Assembly (NCBI GenBank): GCA_002633005.1
Contig: NMRA01000368.1
Location: 110,166-174,165, forward strand
Length of the DNA: 64,000 bases
Direction: 5' to 3'
Origin: Phoronis australis
Lineage: Eukaryota > Animalia > Phoronida
The position numbers and the translations under genes are program-made. Shown one piece after another: positions 1-13,828 of the stretch (its first letter is position 1; every line of letters begins with the position of its first letter). The notes below the pieces were generated by a model. The model was not told the DNA's origin. It worked only from the letters and a program-made list of their open reading frames with translations, and ran no database searches.

Positions 1-948
1 GGGGGCCGCCATCTTGAAGAAGAGTGCAGCTACAGCCAAGAAAGTGGCCTTTTTTTATTCACAGCATGTTCACAAATACAAACAAACCACATTCACTGAG
101 CCTACGTGCAATGCCCACCTACAAAATGCCCCCAAACTTGGCCTACCCCAAAATTTCTATATTTTGGGAGTGCAAATTGGCCGCGGCCGCAGCCTAACTA
201 TTCAGTGCCACCATTGGGGCTGCAAATATTTATTGAACTCAGCAGGATTGTGTAATGGTTAATTAGATCAACACCATAACCACCAATTTGTAATGCATTA
301 GGCTTATCATGGCAATAGATCTTGGTGGTGCTCTATTACTCTGCTTGGCTGTTGTCATGTTTCCAACCCTGGACTAAGAGTGGCAACATGAGAGGTTTTG
401 TTTTAATTTAAACTGATATCTACAAATAAATAAGTGCTACTGCAAAAACAAACCAACAAGTGCTACTGCCAAAATTGTTTTGAAAAGATTTTGTTCACCA
501 AGCAGTGGTGGTGTGTCAAGAGAACCTGTGTGCTCACCACAGAAAAGGAGATTAGTTTAATGGGAGAGGGGGGTGGCCATCTGTTCATTATAAAAACCTG
601 ACCCTGGTAGTGAATATGGTAAAACATCACCAATTTTGGACAAAATCAATTGCCATTTTTCCATTTTGAAGGGCTTCTAACATTGCTGCGAATGTCTACA
701 ATTTTCAAAATTTTGTCATTTGGTAGCTATGGTACTGAACAGAAAAGTGTTAATTTCATACTACATACATCTTTGGTAGAAAAAAGAGAGAATAAGCTTT
801 TAATGTTCGCCATGTCGTGTCTTAAGTTGGTGGGGGTATGCACTGTACTCTTCTAAGCCCGTCCATTGAGTTTGGTGCTCTTGCCTTCTGTTGTGCTTTT
901 TGTAGACCAAGTGTCTTGCGATTGCCTGCAAGACAATGCAAAATCATA

Positions 949-1235
949 TGAGTGAAAGGCAAGTGTTTGGTGACTGAAAGGCAGGTGTTTTGTGAGTGAA
1001 GGTTAAGTGTTTCGTGAGTGAAGGTTAAGTGTTTCGTGAATGAAAAGCAAGTGTTTTGTGAGTGAAAGGCAAGTGTTTTACGAGTGAAAGGCAAGTGTTT
1101 TGTGAGGGAAAAGCAAGTGTTTCGTAAGTGAAAGGCAAATATTTCACAAGTGAAAGGCAAGTGTTTCGTGAGTGAAAGGCAAGTGTTTCGTAAGTGAAAG
1201 ATAAGGTAATTGTGAGTGAAAGGCATGTGTTTCGT
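949..1235. repeat. 22-bp minisatellite, about 13 copies
   Basis: Unit approximately GTGAGTGAAAGGCAAGTGTTTC; explains the repetitive ORF 822..1247. Confidence 0.9.
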
Positions 1236-4200
1236 GGGTATGGTCAATCAAGACCTTACCTGCCTAAGCTGGCAAAATGACAAGCACTGAATGTTCAATC
1301 ATCAGAATAAATTGATGAATTATGCTGTAGAATTTTGTGTTTCCGTTGCATAAGCAAAGATTTTTCGCCGGAAGTGCATAACTTATGTCTTGTGATTGCT
1401 GAACATAGCACTGGCTATGCCAGGAAGGAAGATGGGCCAGGGTGCTCCTCATAATATTTTTCTTGTGTTTTGTCCGAAAATAGCCTTATGCTGGCAGCTT
1501 GCCTAAAACGCCATGCATTGCTTTGATTTAGTTGAGATGCCCTTTAGTGTATTATCCACCTTGTCATAATACATTCCTTAATGGTGGTGGTCCTAGTCTT
1601 AAATGTCATTCATATGAAGTGATGACAAGATGGCATATACTGTGTGGGCTTGTTGGTCCAACATATGGTTTGAACTTCTCCTCAAATATTTGGCTGGTGG
1701 TTTCCTGGTAAAAGCACCACAGGTAGAGTCAATGTGACAGCCTGCTCACTTTGTTGTGACACAGTTGTGGACATTCACAAGTTCAACTGTTATTATTGCA
1801 GCTCAGATAGGAGGCATATGTTTGCTCTTCATGAAAGAGATTGGCGGAGGCTGCAGGAGATTGAAGCCTTTGCTGCATCTCTGTCTTATGTGAAAACGTG
1901 TATTTTTACCAATCTACCATGTGTCAATAAAGTGTAATACCTAAATAATTCATTGGGGATGTAATTTTATGACATGAAGACAGATTTGAATCTTAGTAAG
2001 TTATGACGGTTTACACCATGTGAACATGATGTTAGATTGAGACAGTTCTATGCCAGTTGGATAATCATTGACTGTACCGTAACACATGGCTGAAGATATC
2101 AACATTAGTGCTTCAGAGGGTGCATTATTAATCTTGCCAAAGAATGGACATTTGAGGTGAAGCATGACTTCCTCCTAGATCAGCTACATTTGGGCGTCCA
2201 GTTCAAAGTTTGTGTATGACCCCCTGCACACCATATTTTTAAACAAATTAACTCCTCAAGTTAGAAAGTGTAATGCAACTTATGCCAAAACCATTTTAAT
2301 AGGTGGTCTTTCTAGATTACTTTTGATGGACACACTAACAAAGGATCCCTGTCAAATAACTGTCAGTGAACAAATAACATCTGTTTCCTGTGTTGAAAAA
2401 GTAAATCACACAGTCATACTGTTGGGATATCACAGTCACTGGCTACTTAGCTGAAGTTCCTGCTGTGCCTCCAGAATTATTGAGCAGTTTGCCTGTAAAC
2501 ATGTTTTCCATGTTACTGTAGCTGCCCAGAGGAAATCAACACCCAGAAACACATGTTTGGGTTGTAATGCTTGTCCCCAAGGATAACTAGGGTATACCCT
2601 GATTATAAGTTTTCTAGTATTTGCTATAAACACTTATCTTGGCCAAAGGTAACATTAGTGTTGTCACAAAAAAATTTCTATTTTATTATAGGCACAGAAA
2701 CATTCAAGTGACCCGAAGTGACCCTGGTTATTTCAGATATTGCTAGGCACCTCTCTATTCTTCATCATGGCAAACTCGTGTTTCATGTATATACAATTTT
2801 CAAACTTATGTTTTTAAGAGTTTAACCTTATGATAGTAAGCATATTTCATTAAGCAGGTTGATGGTGATGGCAACCACTCTTGTAAGCTGATCATGGTAA
2901 GTGGATCGTCTTGAGAGTGCCGTGAGACAACTGATTTTTACCCACAGTGCCTTTCTGATAAGGCAAATGAATTGGAGATGAATTAGAATTAGATTAGTCT
3001 TTAGACAAAAATAAAGGTGAATATGCTGAAGTAAGTGAGTGAGAATCAATTTTGCTGATTTTGTAATGACAAATTTGGGAATATGATAATAAATCATTAC
3101 ATTATGCAGGTCATTTTACATGGGTTGAATGCAAAATGATTTGTTTTTGACATTTCATGACAATAGGCTTAACCTAGATATTCCAATGTCTGGTATGACA
3201 TTAAATGGGCTCTTTTATGTACCTTTTGGGAATTTCCTCAAATGTTTTTTGTTGTGTGGTGCTATAGTGGCGTGCATGTCTTACACTGTGGTAACTCAAT
3301 AGACATATTGTTTGCAACGGGACCTCGTAGAATCACAATTGAATAATTTCGGTCCACTGTTGGCAGGGGCATATCCCTGTAGGATTCATTAATCGCAAAA
3401 TAGTTTCAAATTTTTCGACAGCTGGACCAATATTAAAACAATTCAACAGAGGGCATTTTGAAAGTGGGATTAATGGCTTTGGGCATTTGTTTTAGCCACC
3501 CTGCAGGTTCTGCCTGTGTCTGAGGTTCATTGAATTAGTATTTGGTCACGTGTCCTGACCTTGACTGATTTTGTCACGTGCTACTGTAATAATTCAACAT
3601 TTTAATAGTGAAATTATGGGGAAGTGTTACCCTCTGGTGATGAACCTTTACTTCAGTCTTGCAGTTCTTGTGTACTACAAAAATTTAAGATTGTTTTTTA
3701 AGAAGGGTTATTTTACAACATTAGAAAGACATGGAATTGTCACGATTTTCAATTTTTCTCAGAGAGCACCATGTTTTCTTGTAGTATTGTTGCCATAGCT
3801 TCAAACACTGCTTCTGTATTTTTCACTGAGGTTTTTTATTTGAAAATCCAAGGCACGGTTTTGTCTGAAGTTATGGAGTTTTGTTGACTACATACTGTGG
3901 TAGTTTCATGATGGACACCAAATGCGCTTTTGCAGGAAACAACTGTGTATTTTTGAAATAAAATTTTTTACAACATTACTCCATTATTCTTTCGTTTCCT
4001 TGTTGTGATATGTGACTTCACGGTTTTAATTTAACTCGGTGGATTTATTTAAATTCTGTTAAAAAGTTTTGACTTTTGAATTCTCATTGCAAAATGACTT
4101 TCCTCATCTGCTGTTAGGCAGAATGTTTCCAATATGTTAATTGTGTTTTGCTTGTTTTTTCTTCTTGTGTGGTAGTAGTGCTGTCCTTTTTTCAAGTCTC

Positions 4201-5988
4201 CCATACAACAACAAAGTTATGCATGATTAAAGAAAAACAAGCCTACAGGTTTAAACCATTCAAGAAAATTGGTGCACATGATGGACTGTTTTCTTTAAGT
4301 CTCCTGTGTTAAGTTTAGCAAACATTTTCCATGGTGAAACTAGTCATTGGCCTGGACTTTTTGATGTCTTAAAATGCTTTTCCCATGATTATGTGGGTGG
4401 TCGAAACTGTACTGTCCACTTGACCAAAATTTTTATCTGCCTCCATATCACAACTGCTATAATTGGAGTTGGCTAACTTGTTAAGCATGAATGAAATTTG
4501 TCTTCTTCCAAGTTTCTGGCAGTGAAGGATATTGTCACTTGAGTTAATTAGTCAAAGTTGTTTCAGGATACTACTAAAATTGAAGCGTGTTAGGGGAAAA
4601 CCAATATTTTGAATGTTACCTTTAGTAAAAATGCACACCTTTGGTTATCTTTTGGAGACATTCTTCATGTTATTTACTGTTACCATGGCAAGTATGTGTC
4701 ATCCATGGTAACGATAAAAAGTCTCATAACCAGCTCGGTGATGGACCCACATCTTGAGCTAATGGGAATGACCTGAACAGTGCACAGACTGTGTTCATAA
4801 GGGAGTAGGACATTATGTTTCAACAATGGAATTGAATGCAGAACCAAGAGCCATGCATTTTGCTGGGCCATTTAAGTCACTTTCTATTATTCCATGGATC
4901 ATATTTGGCAATGAGTATTTAACACGGGGAAAATACATTTTGGTTGCATGAAACAGTCCCAAACAGGGACTTAATCTTTTTTGTATTTGCTTCATTCTTT
5001 TAGCACAGATGACATGTAATATTTTTATACAATTTAATCTTGATTATGAGCTCTTCTTTGACTAATGGCCTTTTATAAAAATATAACCAAAAAAATGAGC
5101 CCTTAATTCAGTCAAAGTAATTAAGGACTTCGTCCTTGTATGGAGGGCGTTGCACGAAAAGATCTCTCTTATTTTCAACAACAGTGAGAATTCAGTGTAG
5201 ATTTCACTCTCGATTTGTATCGAAGCCAAAAATTAACGTAGTAATGACACTAAAACAGCATAACATAGGGCAAGCAGTGTTTTCACAAGCCCGCAAATAC
5301 GCAGTACATTTAGAAAACTTGGCTGAGTCCCTATTTTGGACTGTTTCATGTAACCGGGCACTGGGATCTCTATTTTTACTTAAAGCAACGTTAAAATTGG
5401 TGATCTTCCCTTTAGGCAAATTGAATTTGAACAGCCACAGGGCTTAAGCCAATTGACCACTGTTTGAAACCTTTGCCTTTCCTTCATGAAGTTTGTTATT
5501 TTTCTCTTAGTATTGGTAACTTCTTGATTCACTACAACAGCAGATGTCATCTGAAATTAGTGTAAAGGAATTGACCATGTGTTTTGGAGTTTATCCTTCT
5601 TTGTGATAACGGCTATTTAATGTTAGTCATCAAAAATTGGGAATTGGTTGTAATTTCAGCTATTATGGCAAGTCCTTAGATTAAAAATGCAGTCAAATTC
5701 AATTACACTGTTGAAATTGGTTTATAGAGACTTCCGCATTCTCAGTTCTTAACTGTTCCACTGTTCAGCGGATTGTTGCATTCATTACTGGTGAAAATCT
5801 AATTGAGGAATTTGGGAATTTTTTCGATAAATTGGAAGTAAACAAATTCTGTTTAATTTTAGGAATAGTTGGTTTTGGGTTGTAGTGAATGCGGGTCACC
5901 ATTTTATGGACGACAATAAAAAAAGTTATTTATTTGTCGATTTGTTTTGTCTTCAGGGGACCTGAGCAAGTGTGGCATTCTCAAAAAT

Positions 5989-6120
5989 TTTGAGCAGTGC
6001 ATATTCAGACTACATAAAGGTTTGAGCAGTGCATATTCAGACTACATAAAGGTTTGAGCAGTGCATGTTCAGACTGCATAAAGGTTTGAGCAGTGCATAT
6101 TCAGACTACATAAAGTTTTG
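5989..6120. repeat. 32-bp tandem repeat, 4 copies
   Basis: TTTGAGCAGTGCATATTCAGACTACATAAAGG, with tgagc at 5991, 6023, 6055 and 6087. Confidence 0.92.
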
Positions 6121-9100
6121 GAAAAATAATTTGTGTTAAGGTTTATGAGACCTTATTGGCAAATCTCTCATTCAGCCAAACAAAAGTACAGAACGTATAA
6201 AACTTAGTTCAATAAGATTTTGTGAAAGTAGAAACCCATAGAATTTCATTTTTGACTTCATACAAACCATGTCAACATGTCTCTTTATAAATTAGATCAA
6301 AAAGAAAAGTTTATTAACTGCAAACAATAAAATCAGTAATAGGACTGAATTGCAAATGTTCTAAGGGGAATTCTCCATAACACAGTGTTTCAGTTCTTTT
6401 ACATTTTGTTTTCATTTCATGCGACATTTTTTCATGAAAATCACAAAGTCCTATTTTTATTTCTGTTAGACATTTGTTTAGGGGTCCCACAAATTCTAAA
6501 AGAATGTCTGCTGTATCATTTACCAGGTAGTTCTAGGTACTATAACCTTGGTGCATGGTATCACCTTCAGACCACACATGGATTGAATACATTTGTCTGG
6601 AACATCTGCCAAAACATCTAGAATATTTATGTGAAGGTTCTGTTGATCAGTTCTTAGCAAAATAAACCCAAGTCTCCTATGAGTTTTTAATGAGAAACCT
6701 TTTGACACTGAATAGCTACTCAGCATTTTCTGTAAAGAATTCCCTGATGTGTGAAAAATGTTAGAAAAATGTCTACTTTATCTTCCTTATTTTCGTTAGT
6801 GAGTACAAAATCAATGTTGAATTTCCCTATGAAATAATTCATGAATTGACATAACATCTGGAGCGATAAGTATGGTAAAGTTCTTGGCCACAGTTAGACT
6901 AAACACCCAATAAATTGTTAAAAAATCTGTTTTATTTTTTGTCAAGGAGAGAGTCGGTCAGTTTCAAAACACTTGTAGTGTCCCTTCATCTATTCAGGCA
7001 TCCATTCAGGCGTTGATCCAAAGCCAGGGTACGGACCTCTTGTTCAATCTGCTTGTATGCTGCAATCTGGAGGAATCTCAAGCACTAGAGTGTTAACCCC
7101 TGGTCCAAACCTGTAGTCCAAGTGTTACGCCTGCCACTGATGCTCATTCATAAAAATAACCTGAAGGCGAAATTATCATACAACACTAAATTCGCACAAG
7201 ATATCTATTTTTTAGGTTTGTTTGGTCCCTGTGGGGAGTTGCCAACAAGAGTTGAGGAAGTTAATTTGATTGATCTTAATGACTTATTGTTGGTAATATT
7301 ACTAAGCGATAGTCTATAAAAGTGCTTGTATAAGCAACATATTCATTCTAGAAGGATGTTCACGTTTTTAGTCAAGTGCCCTTACAAATCCAAACAGGAT
7401 TAGGTTAAACATCCAGCAGAAACTGTACAGCTTTGTTGGCCAAGCTTGTCCTCACCTGTCTGTAAAACAAGCTTTATTATTTGTAAGCATCGCATCAGAT
7501 AGTGTTTACTGTTGTGATTATCACCTATAATGTTGCACTTCTATTGCACCTTTTTCCAGCCTGAGTTTCATGTAAATAATGATCCTTGTTGGGCAATTTT
7601 TCAGCTATTCAGCACACAATATGGCTTAAAAGTAAAATAATATTTTGTCGATTTTCCTAACAGGCATGAAGATTCAGAAAAGTTAGTCTGTTACTAAGGT
7701 TTGTTACTGTGAAGGTGTCACAAAACAACATTTCTTAAAGCATTATTCACAGACAGATAATCACTCTTTTAAAAATTGAAAAGTGGCATTTTTTACAATT
7801 ATTTTTGGGTGAAAGAAGCAGAGAAATGTACTACTATTGGTACTGATTTTTGTCAAATTATAATCATTTGATGTTCCAGTATGCCAACAAAAGTGTACAG
7901 AAATGCAGAACAGTGAAAATCAGTTATTCGTTATCAATTGAATCCAGGAAATGCTGCAGTGGATCATGAGAAAACAAGGAGCCATGAAACTGACCAAGCT
8001 ATCGATGTAAAGTGCTAATTATTGCTGATATCAACAGAAAGAGATCTTGTGTGTATAATATGCACCATGTTTCTTGACCACCCATGATTTATGAATTCGA
8101 ATTCCCATGGATCCTACCTTGTCTGCTACAGACACCTTTGATTTTTTCTATGACCTTTGACACTTGGGTAGTCTGGTGGAAGGACTCTTGTCATTACTGT
8201 TCTCAAGTTTATAAGCCATAACTAGGGTTGAAAAGTCAAGTTACAGTACACCTGTAGTTAAAAGACATTCAGCATTGTTTGGGTCATTAAACCCTTTGTT
8301 AAATGTGATTCTCTGGACAGGCAACTTCCTGTAATTGTTGCTAAGTTTTTAAAGATCCTGGTGTGATGATTAGAAGGGTAATGCATGGGTGTTATCCCAT
8401 ATTACTGCATTGTACGTGGTCAGGAGATGGAGTTTTTGGTTTCAGTCATTGAAAATCAGACAATGACTGGTCTGTATGGATGATGTGCATACCATTGTTG
8501 ATGGTTGGAAATGGTTATAGATATGATCAATAAACCAGTCTCTCTACAAAAGCTATGGAGAAGTTAATGTGTAAAGAACCTGTGGTTAACTTATGGGGCA
8601 TAATACATGCATTCAAGTGGTCTCATTGTACCTATAACTACCAGGTATTAAGCTAATGCACTGCTTTCTACTCTAAATATATGAAGGTGTTAAAAAGACT
8701 ATGGTCCATTATTCATTAGCACCACCTTGTGAGGATTGTGTGTACCATTGCCTAAGCGACTCATACCTCCAAGACTGACATTTATTTTTAGCAACAATGA
8801 GGGCACCACCATTTCTGAAAGAGCCTCCTAAGGCCTCTTGTGGTCGCTGCTTTCGAAAATCCCCCGAAACTGTCTGGAACTCCGTGGGAATATCATTTTT
8901 AGTATCATTTTCTCAGTTTCTCTCCCCCGTTCTTTGCCTCTGGTATCATCTTGAGGCTCAAATGATTCTCCCACACTGCTGGCACAGTTTGCGTATTCAA
9001 ATGACAGGAAATAGAAGTGCATTATTGTTTCTGCTCATGTGAACAATTGCAACAATCCTATTGGCCAGGGGAGACTGTAACTGTAACGTTAAATTATCTT

Positions 9101-9540
9101 TGCAAAATAAACCAGTAAAACTACCAGCGCTGAACTGTACTTGCTAAAACTGTATTTGTTACCGTAGCAACCATTATGCAATTCCTTCAGACACATTCTT
9201 CTCTCAACATTTTCACCCCTTTCATCGTCATGCTGTCTGCATCAATGACTGCAACTGAATATTTTTTCTATAAATGCCAACACTTCGACCACAACATGTG
9301 AAAGTGCTGAGACCTTGGTGAAAGTACTGAATTATGGAACCAAACATGATCTTTGTTATGTCAACATATTTACAATTAGTTGGATTCTCGGCAGTTAATT
9401 GATGGGTTTTTGTCAACATGTACAGCTGGTACTTGTCTGATTTTGTTGACAACTTCACTAACTCGATTCTCACGTTCATTAAAAGAATACTGCCCAAGTT
9501 ATAATGAACAGTGATTTTTCATAAATTAAATCACGTCAAA

Positions 9541-10196
9541 AGTCTTGTCCACTATGAATTACTCCAGAACAACTTGCCCTAAAGCACCGTGCCCCTCTCC
9601 CCATTCAGCCTAGCGCTCACATTATAGGCACCCTACACCATGTGACAAACATGGCGCATAAGTGATTAGACACCCCTACGCCTGTAACTGAGCAAGCTCA
9701 AACTTGATAATTATTTCTGCCTTGTCTTCAGGTTTGCCCAACCACACTGTGACTTGTGGTAGGGTAAGTTAGCCTAGAACAAGTTACCCTACCTGGATAG
9801 GGTGGGGGTAAGTTGTCACGCGTGTGTCAAGTTAACCCAGTGGAAGGTGGGGGTAAGTTGTCATGCGTGCGTCAAGTTAACCCAGCGGAACGTGGGGGTA
9901 AGTTGTCACGCGTGTGTCAAGTTAACCCAGTGGAACGTGGGGGTAAGTTGTCGCGCGTGTGTCAAGTTAACCCAGTGGAGGGGGGGGGTAAGTTGTCATG
10001 CGTGTGTTAAGTTAACCCAGCGGAACGTGGGGGTAAGTTGTCACGCGTGTGTCAAGTTAACCCAGCGGAACGTGGGGGTAAGTTGTCACGCGTGTGTCAA
10101 GTTAACCCAGTGGAAGCAACTTTCACACTCCTTCTGAACTCTTTGCAGGAGTAACTTGTTGTAGGGTAACTTGTAGTGTGGATTGTAGATGGCACT
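9541..10196. mobile_element. Decayed PIF/Harbinger-like non-autonomous element carrying the 45-bp array
   Basis: Left AGTCTTGTCCACTATGAATTACTCCAGAACAACTTG is inverted to right ..GTAACTTGTTGTAGGGTAACTTGTAGTGTGGA..GGCACT; same terminal family as 10730-11098. Confidence 0.5.
9802..10116. repeat. 45-bp minisatellite, 7 copies, inside a MITE
   Basis: Unit GTGGGGGTAAGTTGTCACGCGTGTGTCAAGTTAACCCAG(T/C)GGAA(C/G); gives rise to ORFs 9802..10137 and 9813..10010. Confidence 0.93.
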
Positions 10197-10729
10197 GAAG
10201 ACATGCCTTTTGTTTATGTAGCTTGGTTTATGGTGGTGTCATCTGCTGTTGGAAATAGAATTTCGTACAGAAAATTGTAGTTTTCGACCGATATAAGTTT
10301 CCTTTTGAAATTTACACCACATGTTTGAGGTGAAGTTTGAATTGTTTTTGTTCTGAAATTTGCATTTAGCATGTTTTTTTCAGAAACACTGCTTAAAACT
10401 CGTGGCACACTGTGAAAGTGGTGGAAACAGTGCTATCTATGGCCAACAGTGACACCTATGGATTCGCCAATAAGCCCTTATGCAATGGGAACACTGCTTT
10501 GCACTAATTATATACCAAAACAACAATACCAGACAGTTGTAACAGGCACTGTGTGCATTCTAAAGACAACATTGGTCATTAAAGTCTCATTAGGCATATT
10601 CTTTCCTTTGGAATGGTGTTAATCGCCTACAGGTTGAGGTGTTGGCGTTGGACACAACCAACACCCATCTTTAATTGGAACCATCCAGTACACTTGGACA
10701 TGAGTAATTAGCTGACATGTTAGAACTAT

Positions 10730-11098
10730 AGTCCTGTCCATACATAGCCTACCCTAGAACAACTTGCACTAGTGCCTGTGTACCCCACTTTTAAGTGGAG
10801 CGTCAACAGCTCTGTGCCTGGCATTGAAACCTAATGCCAATAGGGTGTGCAAGAGAAAATCCATGTGCATGTAACCACAGCTGATGATTACTTCCGCCCC
10901 ACCCCATTTATGCAGCCACAAAGCATTACAAATAATGCAAGTTACCCTGGAATAAGTTACTCCACTTCTATAATGTGGAGTAACTTGTCCCAAGTAGGCT
11001 AAGTTGCGCTAGTTTTAGTAGCATCCAGACTGCACTCAAACCTAGCGACAAGTTGTTCCAGGAGTTGTTCTAGGGTAAGTCTGTGTGTGGACGGCACT
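10730..11098. mobile_element. PIF/Harbinger-like MITE
   Basis: TIR AGTCCTGTCCATACATAGCCTACCCTAGAACAACT versus reverse complement AGTGCCGTCCACACACAGACTTACCCTAGAACAACT; TAT on both flanks (3-bp TSD). Confidence 0.65.
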
Positions 11099-13318
11099 TA
11101 TGTGACACCTTATCACATCACAGCCCTACCAACCACATGGGTAAAAACTCAAAACCACCCCACTTTACAAAGCGATTACGGTACCTGATGACTTTCAGCT
11201 TTTGGACTGATCACATGCTGTAAGTTTTGTCTACTCCTCAGTCACCCTAGATTTACAGTAGTTGCCACAGAGCAACTTGCTCTTGTTCAGTGACTAGTAT
11301 GGCACAAAATGGTTAAGGTTATCCCAAACCTTACTTTGCTGCCACCATTCTAACCGGTATATCAAAAACAGGCCCAGCTAATTAGTAAAAGTAAAACATT
11401 TCTGAATTAAAGAACAAAGTCCAGGGATCATAAAAAAGATGGTATATATTTATGTGCCTTAATTATTACGATAACATGTTTTAAAGTCAAAATTTCATTT
11501 TAAGAAAGGTACATTCATAGCAAAATAACCCCCCCCCCAGCCGTCTCCAGTATGAAGGCAGGATACACTGTTGACCAATTTAAAAGTAGGTCAACAGTTC
11601 ATTGTTATATACATGATGCAATGCATGGGGAAACTGATATGAAAACAAATATGAAATGGACTACAGAAATCAAGGCAGCAGTGACAAGGTGGTTCTGCTA
11701 AATCTTTTTTCTACACCGTATGTATTTTGTATTTGAAGTTCCCTGCTAGACATATGTGAAATGTAAAAATGCCCAATTTTTCTGATTAAGTTTTGAAATA
11801 TCCTTAACCTTAAAAAATGTCCAATTGTGGCCAACTTCAGAACGTCATATCTCAGACTGGTTGGAGTCATGTGAAGCTTTCTGATCATACTATGCTTCGT
11901 ACACTGTTTTTTCAGTGTTCCACTTTTGCATGAGGGCATATCAAAAATAGGACTTGCACAAACAAAAACAAAAGGATAATTTATGAAATTGTATCAACTT
12001 TTTTGAGATTTTATTTTGAGCATTTATATCAAATGAAATTTGCTCATGTTGTTGATCCTGTTGTTTTGATATGACTGTACCATTCTTTTTTACTAAATGT
12101 TACTAAAAAGCATGGTCATGTGACTTGCATAGTGCAATATTTTTGCACGAAAAACAAAATCGTACAAGATTACTTAATGCAAATGAAAAGCTTTGAGGAA
12201 GCTCGAGGCCTCATTAGCAAATAGTGGCGAAATGGCCGCCACTGAAGTGACTTGGGTTGGCTTGGCTCAAATGTTGACTTAAGGGAGAAAATTCAATTTC
12301 CGTTACAAGTTCGCTGCAAGTGCCTTGGTAGTGTCTTCGATCCACCTCATCAGTTTTGAAATCTAATGCAACCACAGTTCAAACCACAGAGGATCTTGTC
12401 CGTGTCAGTTTTTTTACTTTTGTCACAAAGTAGTCTTTTATTGTAAAGTTTTATTAATAGGTGAAATTGCTTTGGAGTAGTAAAGCACATCCCTTGCATT
12501 CTAGTAAATCAATACATATAGGTGAGGGGGAAGTTTATAATTTGCTCTCCTTTGCTTGTTCTTGTTTACACATGTTTTGGTTTCTGAGAAAAGTTGTCTG
12601 CCATTAGAATAACTATTAGAAACCTTATCTAACATGAATTCTTAACATACAAATATCACACTTCTGAAATTTGTATTGCCCTGTCCAGAATATGGCTGCC
12701 AATTTAAAATTCTAAAGGTTTGCACTTCTTTATTACCAATTTCCTCCTACTGAAGGTTCCACGAAAGCCACATCAACTGAGTTCAATTTCTGGTTGAATT
12801 ATGTCAACTGGTATAATTATTCAGATCGAAATTGCAAATTCCAGGTCAAAATTCTTTACCCAGCAGTTGTTGAGGAACATGTTACTGTTTGACAATCAGA
12901 TTTGGGAAGCTAGATAGATGAGCTGATGGCATATAACGAGATTGTCCATACCCAGCCATGTGCTCTGTGTGCAGCCATTTTAATTGCCTATTAAATTAGA
13001 AGGTTATCTTGGTGCATGAGGGATAGCTGTCCTCACTGTGCAGTTTGCTGTTGGAATGTTGTTCCTGCTTCATCAGCATCTCCATTTCAAGAGCCAATGA
13101 GTATTTTCGATTCCCAAATGGAAACATTTACTGTACCTCAATAAATATACAACATACCTGAAATCTCATGGAATGTTAGTCTTCTGGTATGATTTTGCTT
13201 TTGAAGTATACCTGAGTTTCCCCTTTGCAATAATCCAAGCATGGTGCCCCATGTTCATACCCAGGTGCCAACGTCACAACCTCCCTGCCTTCTAAGAGCC
13301 CATCTTGATAAACCATAT

Positions 13319-13424
13319 TACTGTACTCAACTGGGTTACCGCTCATTCTCATCTTTCCACCAACCCCCTGTTTTTTAAGATTCCCAATTTAAGCGAATGG
13401 GTGGTAAACCGGACAAGTATGGAA
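13319..13424 (-). mobile_element. About 105-bp mini derivative of the 54543-56515 Tc1/mariner-like element
   Basis: Its reverse complement matches both the left end (CTTGTCC..CGCTTAAATTGGGAATCT..AAACAGGG) and the right end (GTAACCC..TGAGTACAGTA) of the larger element. Confidence 0.6.
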
Positions 13425-13546
13425 TGTTATTGGAAGTCCCACTCAACAACAATGCCTTATAGCCCTTGAGTCGCACAGGGGACATCTGTCTCATGTTGAC
13501 CTACCCACAGACCTTCCACCCCCCTCCCTTCTTATTAAGAGTGTTA

Positions 13547-13828
13547 GGGCCTTTTAATACTGACTTAACTCTGGCCTGAGCGGAGTAGCAAGGTAAACTG
13601 CGGAGTAAACTAAACCGTCCATATTGGCTTCAGTAAACGGGCATCGAAATAAACAGTAGGTGATGCTGTTGACATCGAAGTAGTTGCAAGGTATCGCTGC
13701 ACGCTACCCTTTAATTGTTGTTGATAACAGTGGTACCTGGTGATAACTTCGATGGAGCCGAAGTTAACAGTTCTTACTGACTGCAATTCCCCAAAACATC
13801 AACGCGTTGACGTTAGCATGAAAGGCCC
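13547..13828. mobile_element. PIF/Harbinger-like MITE, copy 1
   Basis: TIR GGGCCTTTTAATACTGAC / GTTAGCATGAAAGGCCC; TTA on the left flank; internal sequence shared with 34085-34408. Confidence 0.65.

Noticed and set aside
822-1247. 141-aa repetitive ORF on the minus strand
   Set aside because: Product of a 22-bp minisatellite whose unit length is not a multiple of 3.
9802-10137. ORF with repeated CHAC (CxxC) motif, and a possible CRISPR-like array
   Set aside because: Translation of a 45-bp tandem repeat with no unique spacers and no splice context; eukaryotic minisatellite inside a MITE.
12330-12360. Minus-strand CTGATGAG..CGAAG hammerhead-like motif (similar partial motifs near 16235-16285 and 46250-46290)
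   Set aside because: GAAA box or CTGANGA box is broken and stems I and III do not form.
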